Assembly (NCBI GenBank): GCA_020354625.1
Contig: CP070651.1
Span: forward strand, 2,538,135-2,602,134
Direction: 5' to 3'
DNA length: 64,000 bases
Source: Trueperaceae bacterium
GTDB lineage: Bacteria > Deinococcota > Deinococci > Deinococcales > Trueperaceae
Positions 1 through 10,108 of this stretch are shown piece by piece. The notes beneath the pieces were generated by a model. The model saw nothing but the letters and a program-made list of their open reading frames with translations, did no database searches and was not told the origin of the DNA. How positions within the stretch are numbered: position 1 is the first letter of the stretch; each line of letters starts with the position of its first letter. Position numbers and translations under genes: made by a program.

Positions 1-348
1 TTCCGATTCGGTACCGGGTGGAGCAGGTAACGACCTTCGGGATCCCGAAACGAGCCGAGCGCCTCACAGAGCGCAGGATCCTCGCTCAACACTGCAACGA
101 GGTACATGAGCTTCAGTATAGCCCGTCGGCTAGGAGGTCCGTGAGGTTTGTGTGCTACATTAGCCCCATTGAGAGGGCCGGATCGTTGCAGCCGGTTCGT
201 TATGGTGTATGCGGCCGGTGCGGTAGCGGCCCACCGCAGCGGTTAGGGGTCTTGCGCTCCCCCCATCTCATCGAGAGCTACTGCGCTGCTACCATCCCCG
301 GTTTCATACGCTCGCATCGCCGTATGCGAAGGATCACGGAGGTACCCT

Positions 349-2340
349 ATGCATGTGTTTCTCCCAGACGGAAAACGCCTCGAAGTCCCCGAGAATGCCA
401 CTGGTGGCGATGTCGCTGCCGCGATCGGCCCTGGGTTGGCGCGCGCTGCGCTCGGCGTGGTGGTCGACGGCCGGCTTAGTGACCTCTTGAGCGAGGTTCA
501 CGAAGGTGCCAACGTCAACATCCTCACCGGCAAGGACGGAGAGGTGATCGAGTTGATGCGGCACACCCTTGCGCACGTGATGGCGCAGGCGGTGCGAGAG
601 GTTTTTGTAGAGCAAGGCTTCGATGCACGTTCGGTACGACCGGGAATCGGACCGGTTATCGAAAACGGTTTCTACTACGACTTCGAGCTCCCCCGGACGC
701 TCACCCCAACGGATCTAGAGGCGATTGAGGCTCGTATGCGCGAGATCGTTTCTGCAAACCTTCCGCTTATGAAGTTCGAGCGTACGCGTGATGAAGCGCT
801 TTCGTTCTATAAGGATCAACTGAACCCCTATAAGGTCGAACTCATCGAGGATCTTCCTGACGGCGAATCCATCACCTTCTATCAGCAAGGAGTCGATCCG
901 GATCGAGGCTTCGTCGATCTGTGTCGTGGGCCACACGTCCCCCTCACCGGGACCTTGCCCAAACACTTCAAACTGCTAAGCGTGGCGGGTGCCTATTGGC
1001 GCGGGGATGAACAGAGGCCGATGCTCCAACGCATCTACGGTGCGGCTTTTCGTACCGAAGATGAACTGGAGACATATCTCTGGCAGGTCGAGCAAGCCAA
1101 ATTGCGTGACCATCGAAAGCTGGGCCGAGAGCTCGACATCTTCACGCTCGACGATGAAGTCGGTCCCGGTCTGCCCCTCTGGCTTCCGCGCGGTACCGTG
1201 ATCATCGAGGAGCTCGAAGCGCTCGCAAGAGAGATCGAACTGCGCAGCGGTTACCAGCGTGTGCGCAGCCCGCACCTGAGCAAAGAGAGCCTCTTCCTAA
1301 AAAGCGGGCACCTGCCCTACTACGCCGACAGCATGTATCCTCCGATGGAGCTCGAGGGGATACGCTACTACGTCAAACCGATGAACTGTCCGTTTCACCA
1401 CAAAATCTTTGCGGCCCGCCCCCATTCCTACCGCGATCTGCCCGTCAGGCTTGCTGAATACGGTACCTGCTACCGCTACGAAAAATCGGGTGAGCTCTTC
1501 GGACTGATGAGGGTTAGGAGCATGCAGATGAACGATGCGCACATCTACTGTAGCGAAGAGCAGTTCGAAGCGGAGTTCATGCGCGTTATCGATCTCTACC
1601 TCGAATACTTCAAGTTGTTTGGCATCGACGATTACCTGATGCGCCTCTCCACCCACGGAAAGGCAGGACTCGGCAAGAAATATGTCGATAACGAAGTGCT
1701 GTGGGAAAGGACCGAAGCGATGGTGCGGAGCGCTATGGACCGTGGTGGCGTCCCCTACGTCGAAGTCGCGGACGAGGCGGCCTTTTACGGACCCAAAATC
1801 GACGTCCAGATCAAGAGCGCCATCGGGCGTGAGTTCACACTCGCCACCAACCAGGTCGATTTTGCGGTGCCCGAGCGCTTCAATCTCGAATACATCGATG
1901 CCGATAATAAGCCTAGAACGCCCCTATGCATTCACAGAGCGCCCTTGAGCACCCATGAGCGGATGATCGGCTTCTTGCTCGAGCACTTCAACGGAGACTT
2001 TCCACTGTGGCTCGCCCCGGAACAGGTACGGGTCGTGCCGATCGCTGACCGCCACACGCCGTATGCCTTGAGCGTCCGACAGCAGCTCAACGATCAGGGT
2101 CTACGCTCCGAGGTCGATATGCGTGGGGAGCGGATGAATGCCAAGGTGAGAGATGCGGAGCTCCTCAAGGTCCCCTACATCGTGGTGGTGGGCGACCGAG
2201 AACAAGAGAGTGCTACCGTGAGTTTTCGTAGCAGAAAAGAGCCCGACCGGAAAGCGGTTCCGATCGGGGAGTTTAGTGCCCACGTCTCAAAGGTTGCGGT
2301 CGAGAGACAGCTCGATATCGAGCCGATTGCACTGGCGTGA
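349..2340 (+). CDS. thrS: Threonyl-tRNA synthetase
   Basis: 663 aa with an N-terminal TGS-like region, class II aaRS core and anticodon-binding C-terminus. The motif HTLAHVMAQAV and the FYYDF/ThrRS editing region are recognisable. GGAGG ribosome-binding site lies 8 nt upstream of the ATG. Confidence 0.93.
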   Translation: MHVFLPDGKRLEVPENATGGDVAAAIGPGLARAALGVVVDGRLSDLLSEVHEGANVNILTGKDGEVIELMRHTLAHVMAQAVREVFVEQGFDARSVRPGIGPVIENGFYYDFELPRTLTPTDLEAIEARMREIVSANLPLMKFERTRDEALSFYKDQLNPYKVELIEDLPDGESITFYQQGVDPDRGFVDLCRGPHVPLTGTLPKHFKLLSVAGAYWRGDEQRPMLQRIYGAAFRTEDELETYLWQVEQAKLRDHRKLGRELDIFTLDDEVGPGLPLWLPRGTVIIEELEALAREIELRSGYQRVRSPHLSKESLFLKSGHLPYYADSMYPPMELEGIRYYVKPMNCPFHHKIFAARPHSYRDLPVRLAEYGTCYRYEKSGELFGLMRVRSMQMNDAHIYCSEEQFEAEFMRVIDLYLEYFKLFGIDDYLMRLSTHGKAGLGKKYVDNEVLWERTEAMVRSAMDRGGVPYVEVADEAAFYGPKIDVQIKSAIGREFTLATNQVDFAVPERFNLEYIDADNKPRTPLCIHRAPLSTHERMIGFLLEHFNGDFPLWLAPEQVRVVPIADRHTPYALSVRQQLNDQGLRSEVDMRGERMNAKVRDAELLKVPYIVVVGDREQESATVSFRSRKEPDRKAVPIGEFSAHVSKVAVERQLDIEPIALA

Positions 2341-2356
2341 GGCGTCCACGCCTCAC
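2337..2356. terminator. GC hairpin between convergent thrS and the PPIase gene (GTGAGGCG-TCCA-CGCCTCAC); no clear U-tract
   Basis: Perfect 8-bp stem with a 4-nt loop overlapping the thrS stop and located 13 nt from the PPIase stop. It could act as a bidirectional or weak terminator. Confidence 0.35.
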
Positions 2357-2368
2357 GCTTAAAGCCGG

Positions 2369-3283
2369 CTATTCGCTCGCTTCGCGCCGAGCGATAAAAG
2401 CCGTTTCGATGAGGTCGGGTTCTGGGAAGAATCCAGCTGCCGGTGCGTCTCCGACGCGTCCGATCACGCCCTGAAAGCCGTCGATGCTAAAGCTCTGTCC
2501 GAGTGCAGGAACGGCACCGAGTGTCTCACCCAAGTAGTCCCCAACACTCTTCTCGGGCGCACCCTTCAAGGTGACACCCCTCGAGCTCAGGTCCGCGACG
2601 CTCTCATCGAGTTGGATTACTGCTTGTGGGCTCGATGGATCGACCAGGGTCAGCGCGGAGAGTACATCGTCTCCTTCCACGACCTGTCCGAAGACGGCGT
2701 GGCGGTCGTCGAGCCAAGGCGTAGCCTGGAACGTAATAAAAAACTGTGAGCCATTGGTATTCGGCCCCGAGTTGGCCATCGAAACCGTTCCTCGCTTGTC
2801 GTGGCGCAAAGCCGAGTTGAATTCGTCCTCAAAGTCGTAACCGGGTCCGCCGCGCCCGGTTCCGGTTGGGTCGCCGGTCTGGGCCATGAAGTCCTCTAAT
2901 ACGCGGTGAAACACGATGCCATCGAAGTAGCGATGGCGGGTCAAGAAAACGAAATTGTTGACGGTGCGCGGTGCTCCTGTTTCAAATAGATCGATGACGA
3001 TCCGACCGCGATTCGTATCCAACACCGCAAGATAGTCGGCTCCCGGCTCGAGCACGTCTTGTGGCTCGATAAAACTCGTCTGCCTCTCTTCGCTGAGAAA
3101 GGGGACCAAGGCTGTGCCCTCAGGTACCTTCAAGGTTGCGTCCTCCGCTCTGTCCTCTGTCTGTGTGACGGTCTCGGTGCGTGTGTTCGGTGTCTCTTCT
3201 GAGTCTTCTGGTTGCAAAGAGAGCCAAAGTCCTCCTGCGATCAAAAGGACCACGATCGACACCGGTGCGATAATTCGAGTCAC
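2369..3283 (-). CDS. Cyclophilin-type peptidyl-prolyl cis-trans isomerase with N-terminal membrane anchor
   Basis: C-terminal half has cyclophilin signatures ([25 protein letters not shown]...[19 protein letters not shown]). Hydrophobic N-terminus. GTG start preceded by AGGAGG. Confidence 0.85.
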   Translation of the reverse strand: MTRIIAPVSIVVLLIAGGLWLSLQPEDSEETPNTRTETVTQTEDRAEDATLKVPEGTALVPFLSEERQTSFIEPQDVLEPGADYLAVLDTNRGRIVIDLFETGAPRTVNNFVFLTRHRYFDGIVFHRVLEDFMAQTGDPTGTGRGGPGYDFEDEFNSALRHDKRGTVSMANSGPNTNGSQFFITFQATPWLDDRHAVFGQVVEGDDVLSALTLVDPSSPQAVIQLDESVADLSSRGVTLKGAPEKSVGDYLGETLGAVPALGQSFSIDGFQGVIGRVGDAPAAGFFPEPDLIETAFIARREASE

Positions 3284-3491
3284 TCGCTACCCCTCCTGGC
3301 CTCTCCCGACCATGAAGGAAGCCCGGGCCGAAGGGGCTCGTCGATGAGGCCTCGTACCGTGCCGGTCGGTTTACCCTTGCTAGGGTGGCCTGGGGCCGGG
3401 CGCGCCGGGAGCTCCGTAGGGGGTGTCCGTGGTCTAAAGGAGGGCCGAACGTGAAAATGCGACATGCAAGCTCAGTGTAGCAATACGCCCG

Positions 3492-4568
3492 TTATCTCGG
3501 AGTCTGCGGGGTCACGTCGTCCGCGGCTTGCCTCCTGATTTCATCGAGTATGATCTGAACCGCCAAGCCGTCGGCCAGGCTCGCCGCAGGGGTGAGTGCA
3601 GCTGCGTTGCCGTCCTCGAGATAGCCTTTGATCGCCTTGGCCAACAAGACCGTACCGGCTGCAAACCCTGAAGCCCGGAAGCGGTTGGGAACGAACGTGG
3701 GCAAGGGGGTCAGGTACTCTTTCAACACGCCGTCGCGCTTACCGTAATAGAGTTTGAGCGATCGGTCGATGACCAAGGTGCCTTCAGTGCCGCGTATGGT
3801 GAGGAGATCGATCGGGTCGTCGAGGGAGGCGCCGTGAACGAGCATGGTGCCGACGGCCCGGCCGCAGCGAAAGGTCACCGATGCGATATCGTCAGCCGTG
3901 ACGGGGAAGACAGTGCCGCCGGGCGCTTCTCTCTCATCGTAAGTCCGGCCCAGAACCGAACCGCACACCTTCAGATCGCCGAGTCCGAGCCCCGAGAGCA
4001 ACCAGCGAACTCCGTCGACCACGTGTGAGCCGAGGGCGGCCAGGATTCCACCGCCTTGGGATGCATCGGACCACCAACTCCAAGGTACCGTGGGATCGAT
4101 CCGGAAATTAGTAGCTACCCGCGCTGTGATAATGAGGATGTCGCCGAGCACCCCTTTGGCCAACAGCTCTTTCGCTTTGAGCCGCGCTGGTGTGAAGCGC
4201 AGTTCGTGATCGACCAATGAGAGTTGCTCGGGATTGGCCGCTGCTGCGGCTACCATCTCTTGTGCCTCTCCCTGGTGGAGAGCCAGCGGTTTCTCGCAAA
4301 GAAGGTGTTTTCCCGCCGTGAGCGTGGCGATCGACTGTTCTTTGTGGTAGGCGGGGGGGCTGCTGACCACAAGGAGCTGGCAAGGGAGATCGAGTAGGTC
4401 TCGCCAGTCGGTAGTGTGGAACGCTACGTCGTGCTTTTTCGCCACGCGTGCGGTGTTTGCGCTGTCCGTGCCGGCGACACCCACCACCTCAAACCCCACT
4501 GTCTGAAAGGCGGGGATTTGGACTCGGGACGCCCAACTGGTGCCGATGAAGGCAACTTTGACGCTCAC
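3492..4568 (-). CDS. Gfo/Idh/MocA family NAD(P)-dependent oxidoreductase
   Basis: N-terminal Rossmann fold (KVAFIGTSWASRVQIPAF) and a GFO_IDH_MocA C-terminal-like region. Confidence 0.8.
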   Translation of the reverse strand: MSVKVAFIGTSWASRVQIPAFQTVGFEVVGVAGTDSANTARVAKKHDVAFHTTDWRDLLDLPCQLLVVSSPPAYHKEQSIATLTAGKHLLCEKPLALHQGEAQEMVAAAAANPEQLSLVDHELRFTPARLKAKELLAKGVLGDILIITARVATNFRIDPTVPWSWWSDASQGGGILAALGSHVVDGVRWLLSGLGLGDLKVCGSVLGRTYDEREAPGGTVFPVTADDIASVTFRCGRAVGTMLVHGASLDDPIDLLTIRGTEGTLVIDRSLKLYYGKRDGVLKEYLTPLPTFVPNRFRASGFAAGTVLLAKAIKGYLEDGNAAALTPAASLADGLAVQIILDEIRRQAADDVTPQTPR

Positions 4569-4692
4569 GTTCGTTCACCCTTCCACAAAAAAACGTTTCT
4601 GACCCCAGTGTATCGCCTCACACGCGCTCGCAGGTTGAAATGGGTTGCATCGCCCGTGTATCGGACCACGAGGCGGGTAGCGCCGTCACGTT

Positions 4693-7600
4693 TCAGAACG
4701 GTACGTCAGCACGCGCCGATGTTTTGCCGAACCCGTTCTTGTTGCCATTTCCACCGAGAAGGTGGTCGCGGTTTACAGTCACGGTGGCCGTCAGCCAAGG
4801 GAAAGCCCGCTGCAGTTCCTCAAGACGCCCGGCATCGATTCGGACACGTTCGACCGCGTAGTCTACTCGCTGCTGCCCGTCTTGCACGCGGAAGCGCAGC
4901 GGGGTAATCCCCGATAGAAGATCGACCTGTGAGCGAAGGTCCTCGAGTTGACGGCGCTCCACCTGGTGTAGGTCGAGTTCGAGGATTACGACTTTCGGCA
5001 GTTCATTTAGGTTCCAGACGAGCACTTCGTCTGCCACGATCCTGAGGCTCTCCCCTTCATCTGAAAGGTCGGCGACCAGCACCACAGGGGCATCCTCGTG
5101 GAGCCGATCTGCGATGCGTTCGTAGGTACGACTAAAGGCTACGACTTCACGGTTTCCCGTCTGGTCGGCGATTTCGAAACGCGCCATCATGCTCCCCCGG
5201 CGGGTCGGCCTTTTGACCACGTTTTGCAAGATACCCGCCAACACGACCCGCTGCCGCCCCCTGCTCTGCTCCCTTTCCGTCTCGAACCAGGACTCCAGGC
5301 GGTTGATTTGACAGCTGGCCGCCTCGGAAAGTCCAGGGTAGTTTTGCATCGGGTGGGCGCTGATATAGAGGCCCAAGGCCTCTTTCTCTAAGCGGAGCAG
5401 ATCGAGTTCGCTCAGTTCCCTGGCGTCGTCACGCTTGGGCGGTTCGAGTTGTTCGGTGCCGAATAAGCTGAACTGTCCGAGCTCTGCCTGGCTGCGTTGA
5501 ACCGCTCCCCACTTCATCGCCCCTTCGAGGTCTGCCAAGAGTTGGGAGCGTCGATCGATCCTATCGAACGCCCCCGCTTTGATGAGATGCTCCAGGGCTC
5601 GTTTGTTGACGAGGCTCACATCGATCCGCCGGCAGAAGTCTGCGAGGTCCTTATAATTCCCACCACGCTCGCGTTCGCTCAAGATATGCTCGACGGCACC
5701 ATCGCCGACGTTTTTTATGCCGTAAAGCCCGAAGCGGACGAGCTCGCCAATCGGCGTAAAATCCGCTTTCGATTCGTTGATATCGGGCGGGAGCACTTCG
5801 ATTCCGAGGTGTCGGGCGTCGGCGACGTACTGCGCCACTTTGTCGCTGTTGCCACGTTCGACCGTGAGCAAGGCGGCGGCGAACTCGACCGGAAAATGAG
5901 CTTTGAGATAGGCCGTCTGGTACGAAAGCATTCCGTAAGCGGCAGAGTGGGACTTGTTAAAGCCGTAGTTGGCGAACTTCTCCAAGAGGTCGAAGATCCG
6001 GTTCGCTTCCGCTTTGGCGATACCGTGTCCGCTCGCCCCCTGGCAGAAGACCTGACGCTGAGTCTCCATCTCTTTGACTTTCTTCTTGCCCATTGCCCGT
6101 CTCAAGAGGTCCGCCTGACCGAGACTGTAGCCGGCCACTGCCTGTGCGATCTGCATGATCTGCTCTTGGTAGACGGGAATACCGTAGGTCTCTTCCAAGA
6201 TCGGCGCCAAGAGCTCTTCTGAGTCGGGAAAGTCGCTGTAATCGACTTCTTCGAGGCCGTGATGGCGTCGAATATAGGTGGGGATGTTCTCCATCGGTCC
6301 CGGTCGGTAGAGGGCGGAGACGGCGATCAGGTCCTGAATGCGTCGAGGCTTCAGTTTTTTCAAGGTATCGACCATACCGGGGGACTCGAACTGGAACACG
6401 CCGGCCGCCTCACCGCGGCTCAAGAGGGCGAAGGTCGCCTCGTCCTCGAGAGGAAAGGCGTCAGGGTCCAGGGTGAGACCGCGCGAATCCTTTACGATCT
6501 TGACGGCCGCCTCGATGAAGGACAACGTTCTCAACCCGAGGAAGTCCATTTTGATAAAGCCGAGGTCTTCGACGCTGCCCATGTCGTACTGGCAAACGAT
6601 CGGCCCATCGCCGGTGCGGAACACCGGTGCAAGCTCCTGGATGGCGTTTCGGGCGATGATGACGCCTGCAGCGTGTACAGAGGCGTGCCGGGTAAGGCCC
6701 TCGAGCGTCATGGCCACATCGACGAACTCCTTGGCTGCACCACGGTATAGCTCTGCGATTTCGGGCACTTCTTCGATCGAGCGGGCGATCGGGGTCGAGC
6801 GACCGAACACGACCGGGATCAGTTTCGAAATCTGGTCGGCTTCGGCGTAGGGTGCCTCGAGTACGCGCGCGGCGTCTTTGATGGCCGCTTTCGATGCCAT
6901 GGTACCGAACGTTGCGATGTGCGCCACTTTGTCTGAACCGTACTTGTGCCGTACGTAATCGATCACCTCGCTACGCCGTACATCAGAAAAGTCGATGTCG
7001 AAGTCGGGCATCGATACCCGGTCCGGGTTCAAAAAGCGCTCGAACAGGAGGTCGAACTGGAGCGGGTCGATATTGGTGATGCCGAGGGCGTAGGCGACGA
7101 TCGACCCCGCACCAGAACCGCGTCCTGGTCCTACAGCGATCCGCTGTTCCTTGGCCCAATTGATGAAGTCGGCCACAATCAAAAAATAGTCTGGAAAGCC
7201 CATGGCGATGATCACGCCGAGCTCGTACTCTGCACGCTCCAAGATGGTGAGCGCTTCCTGTTCGCTCCACGCCTCTTTGAAAGCTCGCAGATGCGAATAG
7301 TGGTACCTGTCGTAGGTTTCTTCCGGTAGCCTCTCTTGGCGCCCGGCTTCCGCGTGTCGGGCGAGCGCCAATAGCACATGCTCGAGCTCGTCGGTGGCGT
7401 CGGTACTGGTGTAGGAGAGATACCGTCGGTAGAGACCCTCGTCGACCTGTGGGTAGCGGGCGATCAGCCCCCGGTAGGTCTGAATGCGGAGTTGCTCTGC
7501 CAACGTGCGCCCCTCCGGAAGGGGCAGTTCCGGCATCTGGTAGATGCGCCGGTCACCGATCGGGAGCGTGAGGTCGCAGAGGTCGGCAACATAGTGTGTA

Positions 7601-8421
7601 TTGGCAAGCGCGCTCGGATAATCCTTTTCAGGGATCGCTTCTGCCATCTCTTCGACGGTCTTGACATAAAACTCTTCACAGGGAAATCGGAAGCGATTCG
7701 GATCCGACAGGGTGGTCTTGGTCTGTATGGCGAGCAGCGCCTCGTGTGCTTTGGCGTCGTCCTTGCGCACGTAGTGCCCGTCGTTGGTTGCAACCATGCC
7801 GATCCCGTAGCGATCTGCCAACCCCTTCAATATGGGGTTGAGACGCTGTTGCTCCTCGAGGTCGTGGTTTTGAAGCTCGATGAAAAAATCGTCTCCGAAG
7901 AGATCGAGGTAAGCCTGTAACATCGATTCGCCCGCCGCCTCACCACGGTCGAGGATAGCCCTGGGAATCTGAGCGCCTAGGCAACCAGAGAGCGCGATGA
8001 TCCCGTCATGGTGTTCGCGCAGAAGCTCGTGATCGACCCTCGGTTTGGTGTAAAATCCTTCGAGCCAGGACAGGCTGGTAAGGGTACAGAGGTTTTGATA
8101 GCCCTTAAAGTTTTTGGCGAGTAGCGTCAGGTGAAAGTAGCCGCCATCGAGCTTGTTGTCGACGCGTTTTTTCTCGAAGCGAGACCCCGTGGTAACATAG
8201 GCTTCGAGTCCGATAATCGGCTTGACCCCTTCAGCGACAGCTGCCTTGTAGAACTCCACCGCGCCGTGCATGTTTCCGTGGTCGGTCATGGCTACAGCGG
8301 GATCGTCCGGGGTGATCTCTTTGACCCAACGCATCAAATCTTTGATCCGAGCGGCGCCATCGAGAAGGCTGTAGGCGGTGTGCTGGTGTAGGTGGGCAAA
8401 GCGGACGGGAGCGTCTGGCAT
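4693..8421 (-). CDS. dnaE: DNA polymerase III alpha subunit
   Basis: PHP domain with the FAHLHQHT motif, palm/fingers and OB fold; about 1240 aa. The track ORF runs to a TTG at 8502, but the ATG at 8421 (MPDAPVRFAHLHQHT) matches the Thermus-type DnaE N-terminus as I remember it. Confidence 0.9.
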   Translation of the reverse strand: MPDAPVRFAHLHQHTAYSLLDGAARIKDLMRWVKEITPDDPAVAMTDHGNMHGAVEFYKAAVAEGVKPIIGLEAYVTTGSRFEKKRVDNKLDGGYFHLTLLAKNFKGYQNLCTLTSLSWLEGFYTKPRVDHELLREHHDGIIALSGCLGAQIPRAILDRGEAAGESMLQAYLDLFGDDFFIELQNHDLEEQQRLNPILKGLADRYGIGMVATNDGHYVRKDDAKAHEALLAIQTKTTLSDPNRFRFPCEEFYVKTVEEMAEAIPEKDYPSALANTHYVADLCDLTLPIGDRRIYQMPELPLPEGRTLAEQLRIQTYRGLIARYPQVDEGLYRRYLSYTSTDATDELEHVLLALARHAEAGRQERLPEETYDRYHYSHLRAFKEAWSEQEALTILERAEYELGVIIAMGFPDYFLIVADFINWAKEQRIAVGPGRGSGAGSIVAYALGITNIDPLQFDLLFERFLNPDRVSMPDFDIDFSDVRRSEVIDYVRHKYGSDKVAHIATFGTMASKAAIKDAARVLEAPYAEADQISKLIPVVFGRSTPIARSIEEVPEIAELYRGAAKEFVDVAMTLEGLTRHASVHAAGVIIARNAIQELAPVFRTGDGPIVCQYDMGSVEDLGFIKMDFLGLRTLSFIEAAVKIVKDSRGLTLDPDAFPLEDEATFALLSRGEAAGVFQFESPGMVDTLKKLKPRRIQDLIAVSALYRPGPMENIPTYIRRHHGLEEVDYSDFPDSEELLAPILEETYGIPVYQEQIMQIAQAVAGYSLGQADLLRRAMGKKKVKEMETQRQVFCQGASGHGIAKAEANRIFDLLEKFANYGFNKSHSAAYGMLSYQTAYLKAHFPVEFAAALLTVERGNSDKVAQYVADARHLGIEVLPPDINESKADFTPIGELVRFGLYGIKNVGDGAVEHILSERERGGNYKDLADFCRRIDVSLVNKRALEHLIKAGAFDRIDRRSQLLADLEGAMKWGAVQRSQAELGQFSLFGTEQLEPPKRDDARELSELDLLRLEKEALGLYISAHPMQNYPGLSEAASCQINRLESWFETEREQSRGRQRVVLAGILQNVVKRPTRRGSMMARFEIADQTGNREVVAFSRTYERIADRLHEDAPVVLVADLSDEGESLRIVADEVLVWNLNELPKVVILELDLHQVERRQLEDLRSQVDLLSGITPLRFRVQDGQQRVDYAVERVRIDAGRLEELQRAFPWLTATVTVNRDHLLGGNGNKNGFGKTSARADVPF

Positions 8422-8512
8422 AGGGTATGGTACCGCGAACGCCGGAAGGCGTCGAGGGGAGATGGAGACAGGGTGGTAGAGTCGAGAACATGCTATCAAC
8501 AAACAAAAAACT

Positions 8513-8549
8513 CACAAACAATAGTGTCGTGAAATATAGCACATATAAG
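8513..8549 (+). promoter_or_regulatory. Copy S1 of the recurrent AT-rich motif (CACAAACAATAGTGTCGTGAAATATAGCACATATAAG); candidate promoter/operator between divergent dnaE and the tRNA-Cys/tRNA-Val pair
   Basis: Sequence match to the family described in the findings. It ends in the -10-like hexamer TATAAG about 90 nt upstream of tRNA-Cys and has an A-rich tract upstream. Confidence 0.45.
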
Positions 8550-8638
8550 CCTTCCGCTCGCCCGTCAAGCCACACCGATCCCGATCCCCCGATTCCGTTG
8601 ACACTTCTTCGAGCCGCGTGATACCCTTTTTAGCGCCT

Positions 8639-8713
<75 letters not shown>

Positions 8714-8754
8714 ATCCCGATAGGGGACAGGTCGGACCCGATAGGGAGCACATA

Positions 8755-8828
8755 GGCGCGTAGCTCAGTGGGAGAGCGCTACATTGACACTGTAGAGGTC
8801 GGCAGTTCAATCCTGCCCGCGCCTACCA
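8755..8828 (+). tRNA. tRNA-Val (anticodon GAC)
   Basis: 74-nt cloverleaf. D-arm GCTCAGTGGGAGAGC, anticodon stem-loop CTACATTGACACTGTAG, T-loop AGTTCAATCCT, 3' ACCA. Confidence 0.88.
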
Positions 8829-8860
8829 AAGAAAAGCTGTCACAGACGGCGAAACGAAAA

Positions 8861-8884
8861 CCCCTCGAAGTGAGGGGTTTTTCG
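8861..8884 (+). terminator. Rho-independent terminator after the tRNA pair (CCCCTC-GAAGT-GAGGGG + TTTTTCGTT)
   Basis: GC stem followed by a T-tract. It also lies just past the stop of the convergent minus-strand DapA-family gene. Confidence 0.7.
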
Positions 8885-8959
8885 TTGGAATCAGCAGACC
8901 AACGGTTTACCACCTGGGGTGTGAGGGGATGTTTCGGCCCACGGCGTAGTCCGTTGTGA

Positions 8960-9859
8960 TCAACGAAGGGGGGCTAGGGGCACACCTGCTCTCCTCAGGG
9001 CGTTGCGAATCGCCTCTCGCTGCGCCGGTGAACTTTGCGACATGGGAGCCCGAGGTCGGCCCGACGGACGCCCCTGCAGCTCCATCGCGGTCTTGACGTT
9101 GGCCGGCAGGTTGTCCCCGACGATCGCGTTCCAGATTCCCAGCAGTTTGTGGTGCAAGTCTAGGGCGGCATCGTGATCACCGGCCGCCACCGTCTCCCAG
9201 AGCGCGACGCAAAGCTGGGGTACGGCCGTCAAGATGGCGGCGATGGCGCCGTGCGCCCCGAGGCAAAAAGACGGGTACAGAAGTGCGTCGACCGCCGACA
9301 GGATCCGGCCCCGGTCCTCGACGAGGTAGAGCAGGTCGGCCAAGAGCTTGAGATCGCCGGCGCTCTGCTTGACGCCGATCACGCCGTCCGCCTCGGTGAG
9401 AATGCGCTCTAGCAGCTCCGGTGAACAGTAGCTCCACGGCACCACATTGTAGATGATGACCGGTAAGCCGACCTGCTGGGCGATGGTATCGAAGTGGCTC
9501 ACCATGGCGTCGTCATCGGGCCGGAACAGGTAGTGCACCGGGGTGACCTGTAGCGCCGCAACGGAGAGATCGGCTACCGCTTGAGCCCGCTCGAGCGCCT
9601 GACGGGTGCTGTCGACGATGATTCCGGCCACAATCGGCACCCGGCCTGCCGCTTCTTCGGCCGCGGCGGCTACCGCGAGGCGCAGCTCTTCCGTAGAGAG
9701 GGTGTGCCCCTCCCCGGTGCTGCCCCCCACCGCCAGGCCGTGCACCCTAGCGTCGTCGATGAGGTGACGGACGTCGGCGCGTAGGGCCTGCTCGTCGATC
9801 TCTTCATCTGGGCCGAAGGGCGTGGTCAGGGGCGGGACGATGCCGAAGATCTCCTTCAT
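8960..9859 (-). CDS. Dihydrodipicolinate synthase family protein (DapA/N-acetylneuraminate lyase superfamily)
   Basis: TIM-barrel DapA-like signatures (PPLTTPFGPDEEID...GGSTGEGHTLS). AAAGGAG ribosome-binding site before the ATG. The exact substrate cannot be decided from sequence. Confidence 0.75.
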   Translation of the reverse strand: MKEIFGIVPPLTTPFGPDEEIDEQALRADVRHLIDDARVHGLAVGGSTGEGHTLSTEELRLAVAAAAEEAAGRVPIVAGIIVDSTRQALERAQAVADLSVAALQVTPVHYLFRPDDDAMVSHFDTIAQQVGLPVIIYNVVPWSYCSPELLERILTEADGVIGVKQSAGDLKLLADLLYLVEDRGRILSAVDALLYPSFCLGAHGAIAAILTAVPQLCVALWETVAAGDHDAALDLHHKLLGIWNAIVGDNLPANVKTAMELQGRPSGRPRAPMSQSSPAQREAIRNALRRAGVPLAPLR

Positions 9860-10058
9860 GGCGTGCTCCTTTCAACCTCGAGGCATCATCATAGCAGCGG
9901 GGTGCTGCCGGCCCTGCCTTTTGGTGCGAGGAGCCACAGTAACAGCGCCCTTGCAGCGCATCGTGCCTCTCCCGGCGGCGTCGAGCACGGTCGGGCGAGG
10001 CTTTGGTACCTGCCCCCAGGGCGCGGTCTGAGAGATGCGTGTGTTGGTGGGGGTAAAG

Positions 10059-10093
10059 ATCCCGGCTCGAGGGGGTTCGTCTCGAGCCGGGAT
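10059..10093 (-). terminator. Hairpin downstream of the cytochrome c peroxidase gene (ATCCCGGCTCGAG-N9-CTCGAGCCGGGAT)
   Basis: 13-bp perfect inverted repeat 16 nt past the CDS stop. The U-tract on the minus strand is weak (UCUUUACC). Confidence 0.4.
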
Positions 10094-10108
10094 AACATTC
10101 TGTTACGG

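Noticed and set aside
1-348. Possible T-box riboswitch upstream of thrS (UUAGGGG, CGUUA)
   Set aside because: The diagnostic T-box core AAUUAGGGUGGNACCGCG, in particular the UGGN tRNA-acceptor pairing block, is not present. Only short partial matches.
18-479. 153-aa ORF upstream of thrS, overlapping its start
   Set aside because: Arg/Cys-rich with no motif. Overlaps the thrS ribosome-binding site and start. More likely part of the structured thrS leader.
5497-7920. Plus-strand ORFs of 127-241 aa inside dnaE (for example 5497..6222, 6259..6850, 7378..7920)
   Set aside because: Antisense to a well-supported dnaE and of low complexity. Typical GC-rich antisense open frames.
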